62,410 nucleotides of DNA, filler included, from 5 parts of 5 records of this genome joined end to end with filler, not necessarily neighbours in it; one strand, 5' to 3'; positions 31,933 to 41,479 are shown, counted from the first letter of the whole stretch. A program made the numbers and translations. The notes: generated by a model from the letters alone, not told the origin.

Positions 31933-32925
31933 ATGAAGTTCGGCACGATCATTCTGAATGGCACCACGGCCCCTGTTCTGCAAGGCAACGATAGACGAGT
32001 GCGGTTGGTATCTGATGTCGCGGCGCTGGCGGGCATCCAGCCTGTTCCAGATATTCTTTCGCTGATAAAGACCATCCAGCAAAACGCGTCGGTTCTTAAG
32101 AGCTTGCAGGCTAAAGCCGATGAAGCCGCGGGCTTCGATTTGTCCACGATTGAATGGGCCGCGCCGGTGACGAACCCCTCCAAGATCCTCGGGGTCGCCT
32201 TCAACAACAAAGAACTGATGAAAAAGGCGCATCGCGACCCGGGCGTGCCGAACTTTTTTTTGAAACCGCCATCCGCACTGATCGGACATGGCAAAGCGAT
32301 CATCGTAGACCCCGATTGGGGCGCGGTCATACCCGAGCCCGAGATTTGTGCAGTCATTGGCAAACGCGCGAAACACATTTCGGAAGATCAGGCGTTGGAC
32401 CATGTGTTCGGATTCATGATCCACAATGACGTAACAAGCCACGGATTGAAGTTCCAGAAGGACTCGATCGCCGTGACCTATGACAAGGATATGGCGCGGC
32501 CTGAATTCTATACTTGGCGACATCTGAATGGGCCTGACGATACAGATGCATATTATGTTTATCACACCCGGTCGAAGGGCACCGATACATTCGGACCGAT
32601 GGGGCCATGGATTACCACAACGGACGTGGTCGGTAACCCCAACGACCTGCATGTCAAAGGTACGCTGGACAGCGAAACCTTCACCTTGGACCACACGGGA
32701 AACTATCGCTTTACCGTCGAGCAGTGCATTGCTGAAGCCAGCCGATATTTCACCCTTGAACCCGGTGATCTGATTTCCTTTGGGACCACCGGCAAGGGCG
32801 CTGGCCGTTTTCCACGCGGACACAAGAGCCTTCTAATCGGGGAAGAACAAGGAACGATCGGGATCGAGATCGAGCCGCTCGGCCGTCTCGAAAACCCGAT
32901 CAGGCACCAGAAAGGTGGTGCCTAA
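31933..32925 (+). CDS. Fumarylacetoacetate hydrolase-family protein
   Basis: PSKILGVAFN, PNFFLKPPSAL, PEPEICAVIGK, HNDVT, RSKGTDTFGPMGPWI, TLEPGDLISFGT. Confidence 0.9.
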   Translation: MKFGTIILNGTTAPVLQGNDRRVRLVSDVAALAGIQPVPDILSLIKTIQQNASVLKSLQAKADEAAGFDLSTIEWAAPVTNPSKILGVAFNNKELMKKAHRDPGVPNFFLKPPSALIGHGKAIIVDPDWGAVIPEPEICAVIGKRAKHISEDQALDHVFGFMIHNDVTSHGLKFQKDSIAVTYDKDMARPEFYTWRHLNGPDDTDAYYVYHTRSKGTDTFGPMGPWITTTDVVGNPNDLHVKGTLDSETFTLDHTGNYRFTVEQCIAEASRYFTLEPGDLISFGTTGKGAGRFPRGHKSLLIGEEQGTIGIEIEPLGRLENPIRHQKGGA

Positions 32926-33308
32926 TGGTGTGCGCCGTTTATTCTCCCAAAGCGGCGCAGCACCTGAACCCTGTGCCCAATGCTGCAGTTCACAACGGGC
33001 TGCTGATCACATCCGGCATTCTGGGCAAAGAGTTGCACAGCGGGGCCTATCCGACAGACAAGGAACGTCAGGTCACGCTGGTCTTCCAATACCTCGAAGC
33101 CATCCTTGCCGAAGCAGGCGCTAACCTGCAGGATGTCGTCAAACTGGACCTTTATTTTGCCGACAAGGCAGATCGGGATATTGCCAACACTCATTGGTTG
33201 CGCCTTTGGCCAGACCAGGCCCTCCGCCCGGCCCGGCAAGCGCATCAGGTGGTCCTGCCCCCAGGGTGCTGTCTTCAAGCTGTGGCGACAGCCATGCTGG
33301 CCCAATGA
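32925..33308 (+). CDS. Rid (YjgF/YER057c/UK114) family protein
   Basis: GLLITSGI..QV..VFQYLEAILAEAGANLQDVVKL..RPAR; translationally coupled to its neighbours. Confidence 0.85.
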   Translation: MVCAVYSPKAAQHLNPVPNAAVHNGLLITSGILGKELHSGAYPTDKERQVTLVFQYLEAILAEAGANLQDVVKLDLYFADKADRDIANTHWLRLWPDQALRPARQAHQVVLPPGCCLQAVATAMLAQ

Positions 33309-34198
33309 CCAGGCTTACCATCGGCATGATCGGCGCGGGCGAAATGGGTGCTGCCTTGGCGCGGGTATTTGGTGAAGCCGGTCATCAGGTTCTGTCCGAC
33401 CTGAGAGGGCGATCTGAAGAAACCCACACACGAGCGCAAGAAGCCGGTATTCAAGCTGCACATTTGCTTCAGGTCGTCGCGGAAACCGATATATTGTTTT
33501 CCGTTCTTCCCACACAATATGCCAAAGAGGCTGCAGCCGAAGTCGCAGACCTTATCGAGCAGACGGGCAAAACCCCGATTTTCGTCGAAGCCAATGCCAT
33601 TTCACCTCGGTTAACCTGCGAAATCGCGGGGCTGATCACCAACGCTGGTGCCGTCGCTATCGACGCTGGGCTCGTCGGGGCGCCACCCTCAGAAACCACC
33701 CGACCTCGGCTTTACGCCTGTGGCGGGGATCTCTCAACACTGCGGGTGCTGGACCAGACCGGGTTCGATCTGGTCGAACTATCGGGCGGTATCGGCAAAG
33801 CTTCGGCGTTCAAGATGGCGTATGCGGCGATGACAAAAGGGGTGAACGCGCTTTTGTTCAATGCAATGCTTGCGGCTGATGCGTATGATCTGCTGGACAC
33901 ATTCCTTGCAGAAGTTGAGGCCAGTCAACCGCAACTTGCCGCGCGGGCGCGCGCCAATATCCCCCGTCTGCCCGCCGATGCCGCGCGATGGCAGGATGAG
34001 ATGCGCCAAATCGCGCAGAGCTTTGAGGACATAGGTCTGACGGGCCACTTCCATCACGGCGCCGAGGCTGTCATGGCCACTATATCCGCCTCACCTTTTG
34101 GTCATGAAACACGTCGCACCCGCGACAAATCCCGAAGTCTGAAAGCCACTATCAAGGCAATCCAGCCATCCTTTGACGAGAAAGGTTCAGCCTCATGA
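33305..34198 (+). CDS. NAD(P)-dependent oxidoreductase, 6PGD/HIBADH-like with DUF1932 C-terminus
   Basis: IGMIGAGEMGAALA Rossmann motif, EANAISP, GKASAFKMAYAAMTKG, ARWQDEMRQIA; ATGA overlap with the rid gene. Confidence 0.85.
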   Translation: MTRLTIGMIGAGEMGAALARVFGEAGHQVLSDLRGRSEETHTRAQEAGIQAAHLLQVVAETDILFSVLPTQYAKEAAAEVADLIEQTGKTPIFVEANAISPRLTCEIAGLITNAGAVAIDAGLVGAPPSETTRPRLYACGGDLSTLRVLDQTGFDLVELSGGIGKASAFKMAYAAMTKGVNALLFNAMLAADAYDLLDTFLAEVEASQPQLAARARANIPRLPADAARWQDEMRQIAQSFEDIGLTGHFHHGAEAVMATISASPFGHETRRTRDKSRSLKATIKAIQPSFDEKGSAS

Positions 34199-35598
34199 CA
34201 CGATATCACAACTTTATCGACGGCGCGGCCTCCCCAGCAGACACCTATTTCGATGTCATCAACCCGGCGGACAGCTCGGTTGTTGGTCAATGCCCATGCG
34301 GCACAACCAATCAGATGGATGACGCAATCGCTGCAGCGGGCCGTGCGTTCAGGACATGGTCAATCACAGATGACGCGACGCGCAAAGCCGCCTGCATTGC
34401 CGTGGCTGAGGTGCTCGAAGAAAATGCCGAAGAGCTGGCCCAGATCCTGACCGCCGAGCAGGGCAAGCCGCTTGGCGGGCTCGGATCCCGGTTCGAGCTT
34501 GGTGGCGCCGCCGTTTGGGCACGTACCACCGGCGCGCTGGAACTGCCGGTCAAGATCATTCAGGACAACAACGAAGGCCGGATCGAACTGCACCGCAAGC
34601 CGATTGGTGTTGTTGGCTCAATCACGCCATGGAACTTTCCGATCACGATTGCGATTTGGCACATCATGCCAGCGATCCGCGCCGGAAATACGGTGGTGAT
34701 CAAGCCCTCGCCCTATACGCCACTTACGACGTTGCGCATGGTCGAGCTTGCCAACAGTGTACTTCCCAAAGGTGTTCTGAATGTTGTGGCCGGTGAGGAT
34801 CACCTAGGCGCACAGATGTCGGCGCACCCTGGCATTCGCAAGATGGTTTTCACCGGCTCGACTGAGACGGGTAAAAAGGTCATGGGCTCGGCCGCTTCGA
34901 ATCTCAAGAAACTGACGCTGGAACTCGGCGGTAACGATGCAGGCATTGTTCTGCCCGACTGCGACCCCGGTGAAATTGCCGAAGGCCTGTTCTGGGGTGC
35001 TTTTGTGAACAATGGTCAGACCTGTGCTGCGATGAAGCGGACCTACGTGCACGAGGACATATATGAAGAAGTCTGTGCGGCGGTGATCGCAGTCGCCAAG
35101 GGCATCAAGGTCGGGCCGGGGAACGAGCCCGACACGATCCTTGGCCCGGTTCAGAACAAGATGCAGCTGGAAAAGGTGCGGTCGCTTCTTGCCGCTGCCG
35201 TCGAACAGGGGGCCGAGATTCTGTACCAGGGCGAAGTGCCCGAAGGTGGTAATTTCCATCCAGTGACCATCGTGGGCAACATCAATGACGGCAACCCTCT
35301 GGTGGATCAGGAACAGTTTGGCCCGATCATGCCGATCATCCGCTACAGTGACGTTGATGAAGCCATAGCCAACGCAAATCGATTGGAGGTCGGGCTGGGC
35401 GGGTCGATCTGGTCGAAAGACCTTGATCGCGCGAAAACGCTTGCCCTGCGGCTGGAAAGCGGCACTGCCTGGATCAACCGGCACGGGCCTCTGAACCCGA
35501 TGGCCCCGTTTGGTGGCGTCAAGCAGTCGGGCATTGGAGTGGAATTTGGCGAAGAAGGCCTGGCAGAAAACACCGACATCCAGGTCGTTCACCTTTAG
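34195..35598 (+). CDS. Aldehyde dehydrogenase
   Basis: ITPWNFP, KPSPYTP, FTGSTETG, LELGGND, NNGQTCAA, EQFGP, PFGGVKQSGIG. Confidence 0.95.
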   Translation: MTRYHNFIDGAASPADTYFDVINPADSSVVGQCPCGTTNQMDDAIAAAGRAFRTWSITDDATRKAACIAVAEVLEENAEELAQILTAEQGKPLGGLGSRFELGGAAVWARTTGALELPVKIIQDNNEGRIELHRKPIGVVGSITPWNFPITIAIWHIMPAIRAGNTVVIKPSPYTPLTTLRMVELANSVLPKGVLNVVAGEDHLGAQMSAHPGIRKMVFTGSTETGKKVMGSAASNLKKLTLELGGNDAGIVLPDCDPGEIAEGLFWGAFVNNGQTCAAMKRTYVHEDIYEEVCAAVIAVAKGIKVGPGNEPDTILGPVQNKMQLEKVRSLLAAAVEQGAEILYQGEVPEGGNFHPVTIVGNINDGNPLVDQEQFGPIMPIIRYSDVDEAIANANRLEVGLGGSIWSKDLDRAKTLALRLESGTAWINRHGPLNPMAPFGGVKQSGIGVEFGEEGLAENTDIQVVHL

Positions 35599-35777
35599 GG
35601 TCAGGCCGACCTTTTCCCACGCGGACTTTCGTCCATAAGACCCGTCAATTGGCGAAGCGCAAGCCGCGTGCGGCTAGCCCGTCGATATTCGGTGTTCTGA
35701 CCACAGAATATCCCGAACATCCCAACCAGTCTGCGCGATGCTGATCGGTCATTAGGACTAGAAAGTCGGGTTTTCAT

Positions 35778-37697
35778 TCATTGCGGCACGGTGGCCGGGC
35801 TGCGTTGTCTGTTCAACACCACAAGCACTACACCAACCGCAAATGCCGGCCCCCAGACGATCATGAGCGGGCTGATCAGCGCCAGAGCAGCAACCATACG
35901 AAGCGCTGTTTCGACCCAACCGAGCTGTGTGAAGTCAAATCGACTGGCGACTGTTGCAATCAGATAGGTCATCAATAATAGGCGCAGCACGATCAGGACA
36001 AAGCCAACCAGTTCGAATTCACCACCGGCCTCCGGCACAAGCAGCATTTCGGGGTTGTAGACCCAAAAGAACGGGAGCACGAAGATTACGATCCCTATCC
36101 GAAGCGCGGCAAAACCAGTTTTCGATGGATTCCCCCCCGATATCGCCGCTGCCGCATAGGCCGCGACCGCAACGGGCGGTGTGATCCCCGATGCCACACC
36201 ATAGTAGAAGACAAAGAAATGTGCGGTCAGCGGCTCTAACCCAAAAGAGTTCATGGTGCTGCCCAGAACGATGATAATCGTCAGATAGGCAGGCAATGTC
36301 GGCATCCCCATACCCAATAACAGGCAAGCGCCTGCTGCCAGCAGCAATGTGGCCAAAAGGCTGGAATTCGTGACACCATTCAGGAAGAAGGACAGCTGCG
36401 ATGGCAGCCCGGTCGACAGCATTGTCGCCACTATGATCGAAATGCAGCAGACTGCAATCAGAAGCTTGGCAAATGCCTGGCTTCCTCGGGCAAACCCCAC
36501 GACCAGACGCCACGGCTCGCGACGCACATCCGGGTTGATGAATGCAAGGAACAAAAGCGCGAAAAGGGCAAACAGGGCGGACCCTGCTGGCGAAAGACCC
36601 CGGAGTAGTGAATAGACAATGATCCCGATCGGCGCCAGGATCAGAACAAGGTTCAACACATCCTGAGGAGTCACCTGCATTTCTTCGGAAATTTCAGTCG
36701 CTGCCTCAACGCCCAGCCTGCGGCTTTCAAAGACGATGGTCATGAAAAGCGAGACATAGTAGAAAACTGCGGGCACCACGGCGGCTGTCATCACGACGAC
36801 ATATGAAACACCCACAAAATCCGCCAGGATCAACGCTGCTGCACCCATGATTGGCGGCATGATCTGCCCGCCAGTGGATGCGGTCGCTTCTACGCCGCCT
36901 GCAAAGTTTGGTGAAAACCCTCGCTGCTTGATCAGAGGAATCGTGATGACGCCCGTCCCCACAACATTGGCAACTGACGAACCGGATATCGTTCCAAACA
37001 GGCCCGACCCCAGCACAGCCGCATGTGCCGGGCCGCCCCGGTATTTGTGCAGCAAGCGCAATGAGATCTTCAGCATCGACATCCCCGCGCCGGTGCTTTC
37101 CATCATCGCGCCCAGAATTATGAACGGGAACACGGTGGACAGAACGATTGCAGTGATGTTCCCGAGGATGCCATCGTCAAGCGCCAGCCACAGGTTTTCT
37201 GTCAGGTCGTCGACCAGTGAGCCCTGGAAACTCCATGCAAAGTATATCAGCGACAGTATGGCAACGGCCGTCAGCGGCACACCCCAGTGACGCCAGCTCA
37301 GGTACAATATCCCAACGCAGGCCGCAGCCGTTGTCCAGGCTTGATACGGTTCAAAGAAAACGATCGTGTCGTGCATGAGCGTGACATCGACAAAAAAACG
37401 CCAACTTGCGTAACCAAGAGCCAGAAGCACTATCATGTCTACCGCAAGGGCGAACGACTTCTTGCCCCGCCCGCTCACTTCTGCGGCAAGGGGCGCAGCC
37501 AGAACCACCACCACCACACATAGAAAGAACACCCCTGCCCTGTACGGCTCTGCCTCAAAAGGCCCGATGCGCGGCAAGGGCCCGATTGCCGGAAGCTTGT
37601 GCGCGATCAGAACCAGACCCGCAGCAAAAGCTATCAACATCGATAATAGGGCTGAGGCGGTCGTCCAGGATTTTAGCGGCGATGTCTGGCTTTGCAT
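35778..37697 (-). CDS. TAXI-type TRAP fused permease (4TM/12TM)
   Basis: RGGPAHAAVLGSGLFGTISGSSVANVVGTG, GGVEATASTGGQIMPPIMGAAA, LGMGMPTLPAY, ITPPVA; likely ATG at 37697 after GGAGA. Confidence 0.93.
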   Translation of the reverse strand: MQSQTSPLKSWTTASALLSMLIAFAAGLVLIAHKLPAIGPLPRIGPFEAEPYRAGVFFLCVVVVVLAAPLAAEVSGRGKKSFALAVDMIVLLALGYASWRFFVDVTLMHDTIVFFEPYQAWTTAAACVGILYLSWRHWGVPLTAVAILSLIYFAWSFQGSLVDDLTENLWLALDDGILGNITAIVLSTVFPFIILGAMMESTGAGMSMLKISLRLLHKYRGGPAHAAVLGSGLFGTISGSSVANVVGTGVITIPLIKQRGFSPNFAGGVEATASTGGQIMPPIMGAAALILADFVGVSYVVVMTAAVVPAVFYYVSLFMTIVFESRRLGVEAATEISEEMQVTPQDVLNLVLILAPIGIIVYSLLRGLSPAGSALFALFALLFLAFINPDVRREPWRLVVGFARGSQAFAKLLIAVCCISIIVATMLSTGLPSQLSFFLNGVTNSSLLATLLLAAGACLLLGMGMPTLPAYLTIIIVLGSTMNSFGLEPLTAHFFVFYYGVASGITPPVAVAAYAAAAISGGNPSKTGFAALRIGIVIFVLPFFWVYNPEMLLVPEAGGEFELVGFVLIVLRLLLMTYLIATVASRFDFTQLGWVETALRMVAALALISPLMIVWGPAFAVGVVLVVLNRQRSPATVPQ

Positions 37698-37716
37698 GAC
37701 ACAGTCTCCGTAGACA

Positions 37717-37754
37717 ACATGTCCTTTCGCGGGCGTCGCCGCGAAAGGACATGT
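37717..37754. promoter_or_regulatory. Perfect 16-bp intercistronic stem-loop between the TAXI binding-protein and permease genes (mRNA stabiliser/attenuator)
   Basis: ACATGTCCTTTCGCGG-gcgtcg-CCGCGAAAGGACATGT; no U-tract. Confidence 0.7.
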
Positions 37755-37775
37755 CACGTGCGCAATTCGGTGCGC

Positions 37776-38786
37776 TTAGTTCGCGATCAGCTCCGACGGA
37801 ACATCAAGACCAATTTCTTCGTAGTACCGAATTGCACCTGGGTGCAGCAGCATGTTGTTGCCCGCAAACGGTACTTTCTCAACTGTCAAAAGCACCGCGA
37901 TTTCTTCTTTGTTGGCATCCAGGTTATCCCAGAAGGTCTTTGTCAGCAGATATGCCTCGTCATCAGACATGTCCTTGTTGACGGACACCAGCATCGTGTA
38001 GGCGTATGTATCAATGTTCTGGTCCCCATTTTCGACGCCTTCGTAGGCCCCAGCAGGAACACCGCCCGTGACGCTGCCATTATCAACCAGCATGGCGGCA
38101 TAAGTTTCGCTGTCAGCCACCCCATCCGGCGCGGGCAAGAACCGGTAGTCACCCTGCAGGAACAGTTGTACGAGGCTGGCACTGCCGACGGCGGTCGACG
38201 CCAGATAAACGTCGAACTGTCCGTCCTGGAAGGCGGGTCCGGCGGCACCCCAGCCCATCTTCACGGCGTCATAGCCCGTATCCGGTTCAAGGCCAGTCAT
38301 CAGACGCACCAGGCTGGTCAGTTGTCGGTTCGCAGCACCACCCGGGGGGCCGACGAAGACACGCTTGCCTGCAATGTCGTCCCAACTTTCGATACCGCTA
38401 TCCGCACGCACGATCGGGTGAACCGAGCCGCCGATAAAGGAATAAAGCGATCGCAGATTGCCCGACAATTCCTTCGCTTGATCGGGATTTTCCTTGTACG
38501 GGCCGACGCCTTTCTTCATTGCCCCAAAGGCACCAGGCGGCACAATTCCAACGTCAATCTTGCCTGCGGCAAGCTTCAGTGCGGTTCGCGTCAGAGTCTG
38601 ACCAGTGTTCAGGCTGATCGACGTATCGGATCCGGCCAAATCCCGCGCAGTAACCTGCAAGACCACCGAAGTCAGACCTGCGGGCGACGCAGATTCAGCC
38701 TTCAGTTCGCGGGCCTCTCCCAGTGTGGCGCTGCCGATCAGCGCCGATGCTGCGAGTATCGCGGATTTTGTAAAGTTCAGATTCAT
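37776..38786 (-). CDS. TAXI-family TRAP solute-binding protein
   Basis: Signal peptide, VRADSGIESWDDIAGKRVFVGPPGG, LHPGAIRYYEEIG. Confidence 0.92.
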   Translation of the reverse strand: MNLNFTKSAILAASALIGSATLGEARELKAESASPAGLTSVVLQVTARDLAGSDTSISLNTGQTLTRTALKLAAGKIDVGIVPPGAFGAMKKGVGPYKENPDQAKELSGNLRSLYSFIGGSVHPIVRADSGIESWDDIAGKRVFVGPPGGAANRQLTSLVRLMTGLEPDTGYDAVKMGWGAAGPAFQDGQFDVYLASTAVGSASLVQLFLQGDYRFLPAPDGVADSETYAAMLVDNGSVTGGVPAGAYEGVENGDQNIDTYAYTMLVSVNKDMSDDEAYLLTKTFWDNLDANKEEIAVLLTVEKVPFAGNNMLLHPGAIRYYEEIGLDVPSELIAN

Positions 38787-38874
38787 CGTTATCTCCCTTT
38801 GCTTTTTTGAGTTCAGAATGGCAGAAGCCCTGCTTCGGCCAAATCAATTCCGCCTTTCATTTCATCAGGTGAAG

Positions 38875-40431
38875 TCAGGCCAGAAACGCCGTTGCCGGTG
38901 ACCGGTCCATTTGCCCAATCAAAGCATGCGTGAGCTTCAGCATCAGGTCTGACTGGGTGTCGCTGTGCCCCGGATCATTCCATAGATTGCAGGTTTCCTT
39001 AGGGTCGGCCTTCAGGTCATAAAGCTCACCCCAATCCTCGTTCAGGTAGACCGTCAGCCGGTGGTCCGGCGTAATCAGAGATCTAACCGTGGGCGGCGTG
39101 CTGAACCCAAGCCGTGGAAACACATCGTTGAACTCGCAGAATAAATGCTTGTACGGACCGGCCTTCCCTTGAATGGCATCCAACAGTGATTGTCCCTGAA
39201 TTCCATTATACGGCGTCAGCCCCGCTCGTTCGAGTATCGTGGCGCTGATATCGGTAGTCGAGCCCATTTCACCCGAGACACGCGATATCGGGCTTTCCGG
39301 GTCCGACCAAATGAATGGCACATTTGTTACCGACCGGAATGGCGGCGATCCTTTGAGCAGCATGTTGAAATCGCCCATGTAATCGCCGTGATCTGCGGTG
39401 AACAGAACCACCGTGTCCTGTTCCAAACCCAGCGCCTGCATCCGGTTGATAACGGCCCCGATCGCATCGTCCACCATGGTGATCATACCCGCCGTCAAAG
39501 CCATCGCTTCTTGCAAGTGCCGGTTTTCGGCCATGAAGGCGGATTGCGGCGTTGGCGGCAGTTTGCCCGCCTCAAATTCGCCCTTCAGAAATTTCAGTGG
39601 TGGTGTCGGGTTTTGATGGGCTTCATAGGGCAGCGATACCTCGAAATCTTCGGGATCGTACATGTCCCAGTATTTCCCCGGCGGATTAAACGGGTGATGC
39701 GGGTCGGGGAACGAGACGAACAGGAAAAACGGGTCCTCAGACTCTGTGGCTTCATCCAAATAAGCCATCGCCTGGTCACGGATGAACGACGTCGGATAAA
39801 GCTCTTCAGGCATCGGCGTGCGAAAGGCTTGTGGACAGGAATAGTTGTGCGGCAACTCGTTTGTCGGGTCTAGAAGATCCTGCCAATTCTCCGCCGTCTC
39901 TTTCAGCCAGCGGATATAGTGCCCTCCGCTGTTTGGTCCGTGGCGGCTGGCGGCGATCACCTTTTGATACCCGTAATATGGGGTTTCGATGAGGCCGCCC
40001 CGTGCCTCAAAAGCCTCGCCCGACTCGGCGGTGTAATCCGCCCCATCCGGTTTCCAAGCCTCCTTGATCGGTTGCCCGTCGACCTCAGCTTCCGGCAGGC
40101 GAATACCCGTCATCGGCTGCAAATGACTTTTGCCGATTGACGCCGTGCGATAACCCGCCGCTGCCAGAACATCGACGAATGTATTGGCGGATCGGGGCAG
40201 AATGGCACCGTTATTGCGTAAGCCGTGAACCGATGGAAAACGCCCGGTCAGCAGCGATGCCCGGTTTGGCATACAAACCTGGGTCGCGACGTGAAAATCG
40301 GTAAACCGCGTCCCCTTTGACGCGATTGCGTCGATATGGGGCGTTTTGACCACCGGGTGCCCGGCGCAACCCAGCCAATCACCGCGATGCTGGTCGGTGA
40401 TGAACAAGACAAAGTTGGGTTGTTTTGGCAT
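38875..40431 (-). CDS. Cytoplasmic Cys-type (formylglycine) sulfatase-like hydrolase
   Basis: MPKQPNFVLFITDQHR, TPHID, CMPNRASLLTGR (CxPxR), GKSHL, FPDPHHPF, TADHGD, GELYDL..DP.E..NL; no signal peptide; likely start 40431. Confidence 0.92.
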   Translation of the reverse strand: MPKQPNFVLFITDQHRGDWLGCAGHPVVKTPHIDAIASKGTRFTDFHVATQVCMPNRASLLTGRFPSVHGLRNNGAILPRSANTFVDVLAAAGYRTASIGKSHLQPMTGIRLPEAEVDGQPIKEAWKPDGADYTAESGEAFEARGGLIETPYYGYQKVIAASRHGPNSGGHYIRWLKETAENWQDLLDPTNELPHNYSCPQAFRTPMPEELYPTSFIRDQAMAYLDEATESEDPFFLFVSFPDPHHPFNPPGKYWDMYDPEDFEVSLPYEAHQNPTPPLKFLKGEFEAGKLPPTPQSAFMAENRHLQEAMALTAGMITMVDDAIGAVINRMQALGLEQDTVVLFTADHGDYMGDFNMLLKGSPPFRSVTNVPFIWSDPESPISRVSGEMGSTTDISATILERAGLTPYNGIQGQSLLDAIQGKAGPYKHLFCEFNDVFPRLGFSTPPTVRSLITPDHRLTVYLNEDWGELYDLKADPKETCNLWNDPGHSDTQSDLMLKLTHALIGQMDRSPATAFLA

Positions 40432-40444
40432 CTTACCCCCCAGT

Positions 40445-40639
40445 TTAGACCTTGCTTTCAGGTTCAGCGAGAAGACATTCCTCTGCCTCCTGAACCGCAG
40501 CCGTGACCGGGGAACGGCCAGAGGCGTCGCGATAGACACCTACCCCCAGGTCAATTTTGTTCACACTGGAATCGGCTCGGAAACCTTGAGATAACTGCAA
40601 GATACTATCGGTTTCAGCTGCCGGAAGCGATTGGAACAC
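40445..40639 (-). pseudogene. 64-codon N-terminal remnant of an aromatic amino acid aminotransferase (TyrB/AspC)
   Basis: MFQSLPAAETDSILQLSQGFRADSSVNKIDLGVGVYRDASGRSPVTAAVQEAE matches the class I aminotransferase N-terminus (K-I-D-L-G-V-G-V-Y); it stops 13 nt before the sulfatase ATG. Confidence 0.85.
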
Positions 40640-40656
40640 TGTGATCTCACCAATAT

Positions 40657-40668
40657 ATGATAAGTCAT
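40657..40668. promoter_or_regulatory. Candidate MarR operator
   Basis: ATGA-TAAG-TCAT palindrome in the AT-rich divergent promoter between the tyrB stub and marR. Confidence 0.35.
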
Positions 40669-40744
40669 TTAATTATCGCTACCACTCGATTGTCCTTTGG
40701 TCAAGAATGGGGTCATCGGCTGGGGCAGATCGCAAGGTAACGGG

Positions 40745-41254
40745 ATGACAAAGACAATACCCAAAGAGAGTGAATTCTCAGCGGACGATGTGTTGAACCT
40801 TGAGGAAATACCACGCAGCGCGAGCCTTCTGTCGATTGCGACGCAACGTGCGGCCCAGAAGCTCAAATCCGATTTGCACAAACTGCTGATGGCTCATGGC
40901 GATCTGGGCCTTGCCGATTTTCGCCTTCTGCGCCATCTCAGCAAAGCTGATGTAGCGACACAAAAGGAACTGGCGTTAGGAGCTGCAATGGAGCAGGCGC
41001 AGGTCAGCCGCTCACTTGCGTCGCTGGAAAAACGCCAGATGGTGCAATCCTGCGTTTATCCGAACGACCGACGTGTTCGTCTGTTTTCCTTGCTCCCCAA
41101 GGGGCGCGCGGCCTTCGAATCTGTCCGGCCCAAAGTCGCCGAACACAATGCCAGCCTGTCGTCTCATCTAACAGAAGAAGAAGAAAAACAGACTCTCAGA
41201 GTGCTTGGAGAAATTGTGCGACGCTCTGCTCAGTCTATCGACACGAATACCTAA
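40745..41254 (+). CDS. MarR-family regulator
   Basis: LGLADFRLLRHL..TQKELA..MEQAQVSRSLASLE..NDRRVRLFSL..KG; start uncertain. Confidence 0.88.
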   Translation: MTKTIPKESEFSADDVLNLEEIPRSASLLSIATQRAAQKLKSDLHKLLMAHGDLGLADFRLLRHLSKADVATQKELALGAAMEQAQVSRSLASLEKRQMVQSCVYPNDRRVRLFSLLPKGRAAFESVRPKVAEHNASLSSHLTEEEEKQTLRVLGEIVRRSAQSIDTNT

Positions 41255-41328
41255 TTGTATGATGCAACAAGGTGAATCAACGCCAGTCTATGGCAAGACA
41301 TGCCGTACTAGGCGCAAGGAGAACAGAA

Positions 41329-41379
41329 GTGCTGCGTAACGACCAACTTGATCAATGGGATCGCGAGAACTTCTTTCAT
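41329..41379 (+). CDS. N-terminal fragment of a class III aminotransferase (DoeD/Atf-like), cut by contig edge
   Basis: GTG start after AAGGAG; MLRNDQLDQWDRENFFH resembles the Rhodobacteraceae ectoine-catabolic aminotransferase N-terminus. Confidence 0.55.
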
Positions 41380-41479
41380 NNNNNNNNNNNNNNNNNNNNN
41401 NNNNNNNNNNNNNNNNNNNNNNNTTAATTAATTAANNNNNNNNNNNNNNNNNNNNNNNNNNNNNNNNNNNNNNNNNNNN
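41380..41479. other. Artificial contig spacer
   Basis: N44-TTAATTAATTAA-N44; composition switches from GC-rich to AT-rich across it. Confidence 0.98.

Noticed and set aside
40432-40539. N-terminal extension of the sulfatase given by the ORF track
   Set aside because: It overlaps the tyrB remnant in another frame; the RBS and domain start point to ATG 40431.
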